A stretch of DNA of 64,000 nt, taken from positions 1,426,001-1,490,000 of the forward strand of contig JASVEC010000010.1 in NCBI GenBank assembly GCA_030770535.1, given 5' to 3'. The stretch's first letter is position 1. Every line of letters starts with the position of its first letter. A model generated the notes under the pieces. That model searched no databases. It worked only from the letters and a program-made list of their open reading frames with translations, and was not told where the DNA came from. Positions 1 through 10,309 of the stretch are shown here, one piece after another. The position numbers were made by a program, and so were the translations under genes. The DNA is from Batkoa obscura (taxonomy: Eukaryota).

Positions 1-765
1 TCGAACAGCTTAAGAATAAAATATTTTGAACTTTTTGTCGCTTTTTTAATTTAAGGTTATTTTTTGTCCCCAAAATTCATTAAATATTGCAAAATTTATG
101 ATAAAATTGAGACTACTATCAGTTTGTGAAAAAAGCTTAAAATAGTATATTTTTATTAATATTTCAATAAAGATGATTCTGGTAGGATATTAGTCATTGC
201 TTTAATATAAAATATTACTTTTATCTCTTGATTTAATACTCTTTATATTATCTAGAGCTAAGTAGACTATACATACGAATATTTCGTTATATCTATCAGC
301 ATTTTGCACGTGATTTAGGATATATATATGGAATCTTTAAGAGATAATAAGTTTTAGCATAGAATATGTAAAAATTTTACACTTAAGCAGAGCTGAATAC
401 AATTGGAAGACTATATTAGCTTTTTCATAATGTCTTTTTAGTATGGACAACTATTTCGATTTTATGCTATATTCATAAATGTTGATGAAGCTGTCTCACA
501 ACACTTGTTAAATATAAGATTATAAATACTATTATTTACCATTACAGCTAAAATAATGCAAGCAATCCTATAGAAAATCAAATGATGTGCAATAGAAAAA
601 AAACTTGATAAATAAAAGACAATTAAAAGTTGGAAGTGCTGTAACTAAACCAAACTATAATAAAAATTAAAAATTAATTTCTAAATGATTTAATAAATAA
701 AGAGAAGAGGGAATGGTGTTAATAATGTACACGTAGGAAAAAGGATTTAGTAGAGCGCAGCTATA

Positions 766-1254
766 CTATTTTTCAGCAATAAAAAATGTGTAGTCGATAG
801 GTTCCAGCTGTATGAAGTTTATAATATCATCATCGTCACTCATGCTATTCTTTGCGCTATCCATGCATATAGTATTATTTTTATTTATAATGTTACGATT
901 AGTTATGTTGCCATTTAAATTATTATCATTGACACAATTCAAGTTCTTCAAATAAAGCATTGAATTTAAACTTGTGAAATTGGAGTGAATGTCGCCATTA
1001 ATGTTAACCATGGTGTCTGATGAAACAGATACAGTAGAAAAGCGATGAGATTGGCAATCGGTATTAAAATGATTATTCTTATTCATTAGTACCACATTAT
1101 TCGCTGATAAAGCGGAGTTTCGCCTTTTATGAGTAATGTTGCCATTGAATATATTACTCTTCTTTTTGTTGCTAAACTTCTTCTTGCTACTTTGTCTTGA
1201 TAACCAATTTTCAAATAATATAGTTAAACTATCGAAAATCCCTAAGCTACTCAT
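766..1254 (-). CDS. Hypothetical Asn/Ser-rich protein (162 aa)
   Basis: Single ATG-initiated ORF, long for DNA this AT-rich. No recognisable domain. Confidence 0.5.
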   Translation of the reverse strand: MSSLGIFDSLTILFENWLSRQSSKKKFSNKKKSNIFNGNITHKRRNSALSANNVVLMNKNNHFNTDCQSHRFSTVSVSSDTMVNINGDIHSNFTSLNSMLYLKNLNCVNDNNLNGNITNRNIINKNNTICMDSAKNSMSDDDDIINFIQLEPIDYTFFIAEK

Positions 1255-2137
1255 GATTGTTATTTAGTTTATATATATTTAAAATAATTTTGTACTCTAT
1301 ACTTTTTTAGCTTATTTATATTTTTTAATTTATTACATATATTAATAATAAAATCATACCTAAGTAATAATTAGAATTAAAAGTCAAAAGTAAGTGGAAA
1401 TAAACCCAGACCAAATGTTTAAGGTTAAAAATAAAAAAGCTATAAATATTTACCTATCTTTATTCTTCACAAAAAGAACTTAGTGAAATTGATTTTATAC
1501 CAATTAAATTTTATTTGTACATTATTTTTCCTTTTCATTAGTTTATTAAATTTATTTTTTATACACTCCACGTCATAAAAATTCTTTATCTTTTGAATCT
1601 AATCATGACATTTATGCTAAAAGTCTGGTCTCAAATTAAACATTATGCTTATATGGCCTTATGGTCATTTTTCATATTCAGCCCTGAATAAATAGATTAG
1701 TTTATAAGTATATTTTAACTCAAAATGGGTATTATAATAATAAAAGAATCATGATTAACGGAAAACGATTGAATGTAGAAAAATAGACTAAGAATGAGAT
1801 CATATACTAAAATTTTAAAGTCAGTATAGCATTGATTCAACATTTGTATATTTAAGTATTAAATAGCTCAACTTGTTTATTTCATTTTTCTATTTTATTC
1901 AATCTAGATTGTATTATACAACAATACATGCGTTGATATTTAATTATGTATTATAAAAATTCGCTTGTTTTAGATTTAAAGGTTACAATTTTAGATGGGT
2001 TGAGTATTTTTTGTTTTATCTTTGACGGGTTTTAAGCTGAATTTTAACTTACACACAATGCGGCAGATGAAAAATTTAGGAAAATTTAAATGTTTTATAT
2101 AAAACATAAAAAAATACTGATGCTTACAAAAAGAACT

Positions 2138-2235
2138 GGTGATGTTTTTTTGTTTAACATTTTTCTAATAAATTCTCCCTGGCTTCTTTTCGCATAAAAA
2201 ATGGACAATGGAATGAAACCGAAAAAAGCACTTTT
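2138..2235 (-). mobile_element. Degenerate copy of ~97-bp MITE
   Basis: ggtgatgtttttttgtttaac...aatgaaaccgaaaaaagcactttt aligns to the reverse complement of the MITE consensus. Flanks aact/gact. Confidence 0.6.
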
Positions 2236-2268
2236 GACTGCTCTTAAACCAATTTAAAAAATAGAACA

Positions 2269-3219
2269 ATGATAATGAAACAATACAATAATAAGCGATT
2301 ACTGAATGGAGTAATAGGGGTAAATAAGCCAAGTGGAATAAGTTCTTTTGATGTTATAAAATATATGCAAAATATATTATATCACTATTACAATGATTTA
2401 GACTATAACTTAATTTCATTACCTACTGAATTAGGAAAATATAAAGGAAATTCTAAATTACCTTATAGAAGAGTAGGCCATGGTGGTACTTTGGATCCAT
2501 TAGCTGAAGGTGTAATGGGTATTCAATTTTTTTATTAATTAAATAAAAGTTAATTTATTTTAGTGATTGCTACCGGAGACTCTACAAAATTATTAAACAA
2601 CTATTTAAATGGAAGCAAGGTAAACTATCTTATAAAAATTCTAATATAGATAAATATAATGGTAGTTGATAGGAATATATAGTCCAAGCGAAATTGGGCA
2701 TAACAACGGATACTATGGATAGCACCGGGAAAATAATAGATAGAAAGGACGAATTGAATATAGAAAAAGAGCAAATATTAAATTTATTATCTAAATTTGT
2801 TGGCACCTATGAACAAAAACCACCGTTGTAAGTGTTTATTTTTTATAATATCATAGATATAACTATAACTTAATTACCGAAGATTTAGTGCAATTAGAGT
2901 GAATGGGAAAAGATTGTATGCATTAGCAAGAGATGAGACTAGAAATGAGATAATTGATATCAAATCAAGACTAGTAACATGTAATTCTATAAAGTACATA
3001 AATAATATAGATAGTACAACGATTGAATTAAAAGTGAATTGTGAAAAAGGGTTTTATATCCGATCTTTAATTAACGATTTAGGGGATTTACTAGGTAGTG
3101 GAGCACACGTAACCAAATTAATACGCATTCAACAAGGTTCCTTTAAATTAAATCAATGCCATAATTTAAATGAAATTGAGAATATACTAAAAGCAATTCA
3201 AAGTAATAAAAATAGTTAA
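2269..3219 (+). CDS. PUS4: tRNA pseudouridine-55 synthase (TruB family), 4 exons
   Basis: Motifs NKPSGISS, VGHGGTLDPLAEGV, TTDTMDSTG, QKPPLFSAIRVNGKRLY and KGFYIRSL. Frames join across GT-AG introns at ~2519-2563, ~2620-2672 and ~2828-2882. Confidence 0.93.
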
Positions 3220-3222
3220 CTT

Positions 3223-4162
3223 TTAATGTTCTTTTATTCTTTTGCTTTTTTTGCTTTTCTTTTTACTTTTTGTATCTTTTTTATCCAACTCCTCAGACTC
3301 AGAAGATGAGACAATATTGTAATTAGGGACATTTACTAAATAAACGTAAATAAATATAAAAAACAATAAAATCATATTACTAGCAATAAACTCTGGTAAG
3401 CATAACTTTAACTCCCCACAATGCTGAATAAATAAATGACTAAGTGGTTCTTCTTTACTGTTTACTTTGATGCTTTCTATTTTATTTAATACTTCCATCC
3501 CGAATACTATCTTGCCAACGACAATATTTCGATTATCTAAATGAGGTGTTGGTCTTAAGGTTAGCGTTAAGTAGCTTTTATTTATTGAGCTAGCTTCCTT
3601 GGGTGAAAATGATAATAAGCCGGGGGTATCATGTAGTTGTTGAAAATACCCTCCTATTTATATAAAATATTAATAAAAAGTCAAAAACAAAGATAAATGT
3701 ACTACTTTGAATCATTTCTTCTTCAGATAATTGGATAATTTCTTCATTAATTTCAATTTTTATACCCATCCCCTTTATGATTTGACTTATTGAACTGTTC
3801 TTCAAATTAAGTGTAGTACCACTTTGTTTGCCTATTCCTCTTTCTCCTAAATTCGTGTTATTTGTATTAAATGTTAGTATTGTATATTTTTTACCTGTAA
3901 ACAAGCATCGAATATCTTCTGCAACAATTGATACTTTATTCAAATATAATTCAATCACTATTCTATATACATATATATATTAAATCATAATATTACATTA
4001 GCTGTTAACATTATTACCTTCCTACTTAGAAAGTTAGTGTTGAATCTTATTTTTATTCTTATTTTTATTAAACTTACATTTGTCTTCGTCTTCTAAAATA
4101 TCTATGAATACCCTTGGATTTAACTTTAATTGATCTTCCTGACCTCTCTTTATTAGTACCAT
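3223..4162 (-). CDS. Cyclophilin-fold protein with degenerate active site and Lys/Ser-rich tail, multi-exon
   Basis: Spliced reading gives NPRVFIDI..LGRIVIELY..AEDIRCLFTGERGIG..HDTPGLLSF..TPHLDNRNIVVGKIVFGMEVLNKIE..IQHCGEL, the cyclophilin scaffold. Confidence 0.8.
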
Positions 4163-4753
4163 TTTGATATTTTGATTTTATTAAAAAAGCAATTATATTT
4201 TCAATATCAACTTTAAAAAAAGCACTCAAATTTTGCAATTTTAAAGCAAAATTTAAACCTATTTTTAGGCACTTACTTTGCTACAATTAGCAATTTCACT
4301 GAAAATTTTGTACTTATTTAAAAAGGATTCTTTTCAAAAAGTTAATTTTCTAAAAAAACCAAAATTTCCAAATGTGAGAATCGCAGCAATAGTTATAACT
4401 ATTTCACTTAATATGGAAGTCGTACCTTGTTTTGGTTTTTAATTAATCTTTTTTAGTTTTAGATTGCGCAAGAAATGGACACAGTGCTGAAACTAAAGAA
4501 GATATCTACATGTGCTATTAAAACCACCTATTATTTACCTAAAATAGATTCTAAAAAATATTCCATCACCTTAATTTTAAATTTTAACAAAACTAATTAA
4601 GTTCAAATCTACTTAAGTTACTATAAGTAATATTACTATTTTAATAGTAGATATTGGAAGTAAGGAAACAAGTAAATAGTTTATTAACTAAACTTATAAA
4701 TTTGAGGTATTAAATTATAAAATATACAAGTGAAACTTAAAACTTAGAAAAGT

Positions 4754-5609
4754 ATGAAGTACTACTATCCTACTCTCATAATCATACTCACCACTGTTAC
4801 AATAGGCGTTAAAATACCTTCAATAGCTATTTATATGCCTCAGCTTATTTCTGTGTATAAAAATTCAGTATACAGATGGTAAACTAATGGTAATATTTTA
4901 GATAATAGCATAAACCCAGAACTCAGAGGTAATAATAATTCAACTCTCCCAAACAAAATAATAATAGAAAATAATAATCGAATTGGGGCGAACTAAATAG
5001 TAGTAGAGAATAATTTAATTATAAATAATTATAAATTTGATATAAAGGCTAGAGGTGAAGACAAAATTACTATCTACGAGACTATAGTATATACTTTCAT
5101 TGAAGCTGCATTATTCAGAGAAAATGTATAACTTTGAATCTAAAATCATTTTATTATGAAACTAGTTAGTAGTTTTTACTGATGATTTTAAATTTTTACC
5201 GGAGTTTACAAGTATAGCTAAAGTAAAGTTTCGTGGCAATTTATGTATAAAGTAGCTTAGCATGATTGTTAATTAAAATAAGGTCATATGTAATATTAAA
5301 TAGTAAAATCCATGGTGCAAATATAATCACAAAAAACCTATGAATGTTTTTGCTTGTAGTATCAAAAGAGAGGATGGAATAGGCTGTTTTTATGATAGAT
5401 TGTTAGGTAAAGTTATCTTTGTTTATAATAAAAATGATTTGTGCTACTACGGGCTCGAAGCTCAATAGAAACTTTCTACTGTATATATCACTAAAGGCAC
5501 TTTCCTCAAATCTAATTTTAGAGAACAACCTTTCCTCTATTTTCGTGCTAATCAACTTAAACTTGACTTGGAATATAACTATGTTCGAGCAGCTCCTCCT
5601 AATTTTTGA
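4754..5609 (+). pseudogene. Decayed tandem paralogue of the downstream TM-SPRY gene
   Basis: IGCFYDRLLGKVIFVYNKNDLCYY..TKGTFLKSNF..RANQLKL..APPNF* aligns with the 7212-7505 ORF. In-frame TAG at 5466-5468 and broken frames upstream. Confidence 0.8.
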
Positions 5610-6254
5610 TCTAACTCTTTTAATACCTTTTGTTATATAAAAAGTTATTGTAAATCTATAAAATAAATTGCTTTTTGTATAATTATATGTAATCGATAAA
5701 GAAGAAAGTTCACAGCTATGTTTAAAAATTGCATTGGTGGAAAAAAATAAAAAGAATAGATCAATGACTACAAGATTATGTTGCCTTTTAAAACACAAGT
5801 TACCTTGTCAAAAGAATTTTAACATAAAAAGGGTTTATAAAGATTACAAAAAATGAGAGCGAATCATCTGGTTCTACTACCCACTATTACTCTTTATTGA
5901 AATTCATCTAACCCCTTATAATTGTGTTTGAATATTTATGAACACTACCTTAAGTACGTGATTTTAAACGTATGTAAGCACTTTTTGAACTAACCTTGAT
6001 AAATCTTATTATCTTTAATAAACCTCAATATTCTTATACCAATAGGTTACAATAAAAATGAGAGTCAGTTCATAATCAATAAAAGGGTGACTAAATTGTT
6101 TTAAAACTTAGTAAAATGCAGTAATGGGAATTTTTAAATAATTTTTATCTTTATGTGCTAAATTTATACCATAAAACTTTCTTTTGCAGAAATATGTCCT
6201 TTAGGCCTATAAGGCCCATAAAAAAGAAATTGCTAAACTATAATATTAGAAATT

Positions 6255-6353
6255 GGGGCTGTTTTTTTTAGTTTCATAACTTCTTCCATTTTTCAAGCGC
6301 TATTTGAGCAGAGAGATTATTAGTAAAACTATTAAGCAAAAAAATACATCCCC
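6255..6353 (+). mobile_element. ~97-bp MITE
   Basis: ggggctgt...acatcccc termini, TSD aatt/aatt. Confidence 0.85.
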
Positions 6354-6590
6354 AATTGTTCAATTGTTCAATTAGTTTATGTACTATTGCATCTACGTAA
6401 ACTGAAATTAATTTTAATGAATTTGTATAGTGTCATGTTTTGTATATATTGTTACAAAATATTTTAATATTTTGATCACATTAATTTTAAAGTTCTAAAA
6501 AGAATCTGTATCTTAACTTAGACAACAAATGGTAATATTAAAACCTCATTAAGAGCTACTAAACGCGGTAGATATTTTCAACTAATATTT

Positions 6591-6632
6591 AAAAAGAAAA
6601 AAGAAAAAAGAAAAAAGAAAAAAGAAAAAAAG
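6591..6632. repeat. (AAAAAAG)n microsatellite
   Basis: About 6 tandem units seen directly. Confidence 0.9.
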
Positions 6633-6689
6633 AATTGCAAACATATAAAAATCGAAATAATTAATGCATAAGATAAATAAAACTTGTAA

Positions 6690-7505
6690 ATGTGGGAGTA
6701 TTATACAAATATTATATACATATGTTTAGCATTAACAATAATCATCGTAATGCCTATTATATCTTACTTTGGTGGCACCTATTTTTATAGGTTCAAAGTA
6801 TTTATTAGAGAAGAAATAAATAATGAAAGAAGTAATAATAATTTAGAGATTGAACAGGGTAATAATTTGATTCAATTAAGAGGAGTAGAAGTGGAAAATA
6901 CCTCAACTGTAAATAATAATAAATTTAAACCAAGCGCTGAAGACAAAAACAAAATCATAGTGAAAGAAGATAATTGTATATTTTTTAATGATAGTTGCAT
7001 TATTCAAGGCAAATACCTGACTTTAATTCCAGAGTCGGTTTACTACGAAATTGAATTGATAAATTTTACTGATAACTATGAATTTTTATTTGGGTATGCG
7101 GATAAAAGTACTTCTCAAATTCATGGTACTTCCTATATTTATAGTATTAATTTATAAACTTATCAATTTAACATAGAATCACATATACTATTAAGTAATA
7201 GAATATATGGTATGAATATTAACAAGAAAGAATATCCAAATACTTTTGTTCATACTCTCAAGAAAGGTGATATCATAGGCTGTTTTTATGATAGATTTCT
7301 AGGCGAAATAACATTTACTTATAACGGAAACGACCTATGCTACTATTTTTTTCAATTAGGTGTGATATATCCTACTATATATAGTACTAAAGGTACCTTG
7401 CTTAAATATAATTTTGGAAATAAGTCTTTCCTTTATCGTCGAGCTAATCAGCTTAAACTTGGCATAGGATGTAACTATATACAAGAGGTCCCTCCTAGTT
7501 ACTAA
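6690..7505 (+). CDS. Single-pass membrane SPRY-domain protein with C-terminal PPxY (Ssh4/Ear1-like Rsp5 adaptor), 2 exons
   Basis: N-terminal hydrophobic helix, SPRY motifs YYEIEL, KGDIIGCFYD, TFTYNG and YNFG, and terminal PPSY. Intron 7126-7176 joins the two ORFs in frame. Confidence 0.8.
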
Positions 7506-8194
7506 CTTGACTCTTTTAATATCATCTGTTGTGTATATAAATACTTTTAAAGCTTAAAACTTTAAGACATTTATATTTTGAATTAAAGTTATATTTAAAT
7601 TCAAAAATCAAATAACTACTATGTATTTATACTCTTAATGGTTTAATTAAAACGTTTAGAAAGATCATATAGCTATTTTATGTCTTGTTAGTGCAAGCTT
7701 TAATAGTATTAAGGAAATAGGATATCCATTAAGATTTAAATGTGTTGATTTGTTGCCTGTTGTATATTTATTTTTATATATACTGTTGATTTTGTACTTT
7801 AAGTATTTTTGTTGTATCGTCTTTTATATTTAAAATAGCCGAGTAAACAAAATTTAAATACAGTCTTAATATCATGATACTAAAGTTTGTATAAAGATAA
7901 ATTTTTACTTTTAGAATTGGAACATCAAAAAAGTAATTAGGAAATAAATTATTTGTTTTCAAATGCAAAGACACTAATATGCTATATAATAATAGAATCA
8001 ATCACTTTTAAGTAATAGCTATTTGTTTGAAAAGTTAGCATTAATATAGAACAAAAAAATCATTCATTATATAAATTATAAAAGAAAATATTATAATTTA
8101 TTTAAATAATCTTTATGATCTTATAATTATTAAATATAGTACTTGTACTTAATAATTAAACTCTTAGGATTTTAACTTAACATTGTATATTCAT

Positions 8195-8287
8195 TTTTTT
8201 TATAATTATAAAGCTTATTTATTTATAAAGTTATAACATATATTATTTTAACTTTATAAATAAATAAGCTTTATAATTATAAAAAAA
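8195..8287. repeat. Perfect 39-bp inverted repeat with 15-nt spacer
   Basis: 8195-8233 is the exact reverse complement of 8249-8287. Confidence 0.9.
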
Positions 8288-9429
8288 CATGGTAATTTGC
8301 TTTATATTCTCCACTTTTGGCAACAAGAGCTTGTAAATCACATTTTTATTGTTGGGATTAAAAGTAAATATTAAAGTGATTGAATAAAAAGTACAAGATG
8401 ATTTAATACTTTTTAAACATACATTATTTCACTTGATATTTAAAGTGATAAAGCATGTTACTTAGCAAATAAAACTTGCTTTAGACAAACAATCTTCTGT
8501 TTATTTAACTGTATTTAAGTATTTATCCTATTAAGATAAATTGTTTAATTACTTGGCAATTATTAGTTTGGTATTTTTATGTATTACTTCAAATAACTGG
8601 ATGATTTATAAAATACTCAAATCTTATTTAAACATTGATTCAGTTGCCCAATTAAATTTAAACCTGAACTTTTAATTATAAGGATTATTAAGAATAAGAG
8701 CCTTGTAAAGTTTCCACTTTAAGAATAAAAAGGAAAGTCAAAGTTTAAATAGAAAACTGCTTAATTTGTAAATAAGAAAAGGAATAAATCAGTGTACCAA
8801 ATAAACATGTTTACATTTTTAAATTGAATTCTTTAATGGCCATATTAGGAAAAGTTTAGGCAATAAAACAGCAAATAGTTGAATGGAGAAATAAAACTAG
8901 TTTCTTTTTTCAATTACTATTAAGTTGCTTTGGCAAATCATGTCTCTCCTTATCTATCCTTGCTTAAATCTGAGTTTTAAGTAAATAAATTTCATTTTTC
9001 AATAATCTCATCTTTCTTATTTTATTTTAATTACTAAACAATCCAAGTTAGTTAAATCAATCTTTTAACTTATAATATCACAACTTCATTCGATTTGATT
9101 TCAAAGCTTAACTAATGTCCGAAGTATATCGATTTTTAAGTAACTTGGGTTTAGAGCATTATTATAATAATTTTGTATACAATGGTTATAATACAATTGA
9201 TTTGGTAGGTTAATCAAAGTATATTCTTGAAATATCATTGTCCTTTGAACTTTTGTAAATAAACGACCTAACAGAATTTAGTTATATAGACTTGATTATA
9301 ATGCCTTGGAATCATTGGGGATCTATAAAGAACATCAAACTGTAACATTAATTGATACTCAAATTTTAAGATTATTAATAAATATTTAAGATTATTTTAG
9401 AATCATTAAGGCAAAATAGTAAGAATCCA

Positions 9430-10309
9430 ATGGCAATAAGTAATATACTTGAGTCTCCAACAATAAAGAGAACCACTTCTTATCCGCAGGAATATCTACC
9501 TACTGTTCAAAAATTTCCAGGTACAAAAACGTACCCTCCACCTTTAGGTAGATCAAAATTATTTATTTTATATCTAAATTCTAAAAGAAAGGAATAGTTA
9601 ACCGACATAGTGATGTACAATTGTATCCAATGAATAATACTACTTCAACATCACAATTTTTTAGGCCACCTAACTTTCCTCAAAACAATTATGATGCTAC
9701 CTGGATTAATTCTTCTGTATCCGAGGAAAAAGGTGCGTTTGATTCTAAATATTATCAAAATAGTGCCAGTAGTGATTCTCATAATAAAAAACAGGGAGGC
9801 TCTTCGCCGTTAATGGGAAACGAAACTGAAATAAGTAAAAGAAAATATCGAAGGCATCCAAAGACGGATCCTAATGCACCAGCTAAGCCACAGACTGCTT
9901 ATATAAAATTTTCTTCATCAGTCAGAGAAAGTGGTAAATTCAAACAATTAAGCTTTACGGAGTCAGCAAAAGTAGTAGCTAAGCTTTGGAAAGATTTAGA
10001 TCAAAGTACAAAGAATTATTTTTTGCAAGAAGCCCATAAGGATAGAATAAGATATAGAGAAGAAATGGCAGTTTATCGTACCTCAAGCAGTTATAGGGTA
10101 ATTTGAACAAAAAAAACTAATACTTTAGTTAAAAATCACTTTTAGGAATACAGAGCATATCTTACAGAATTTTACGGTCAAGGTGGACAAATAGGTAATT
10201 TTAGCATAAAAATAAGTTATTAACTTAACATTCCATTTTAATAGTCAGAAGTGTTGGAAGACCCGCTAAGTTATCTACACCCGAGTTACATAAAAATATG
10301 TTTCAATAA
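9430..10309 (+). CDS. HMG-box DNA-binding protein, 4 exons
   Basis: KRKYRRHPKTDPNAPAKPQTAYIKF..SFTESAKVVAKLWKDL..Y..EM..Y is an HMG box. ATG at 9430, introns with canonical GT-AG, TAA ending at 10309. Confidence 0.88.

Noticed and set aside
5403..5798. ORFs 5403-5798 (-) and 5419-5640 (+)
   Set aside because: Off-frame or antisense shadows of the SPRY pseudogene.
9430..10309. HMG gene as a mucoralean-type sexM/sexP mating locus
   Set aside because: The box has the DPNAP.KP..AY HMGB-like pattern rather than the MATA_HMG RP.N.F pattern, and no triose-phosphate transporter or RNA helicase gene flanks it.
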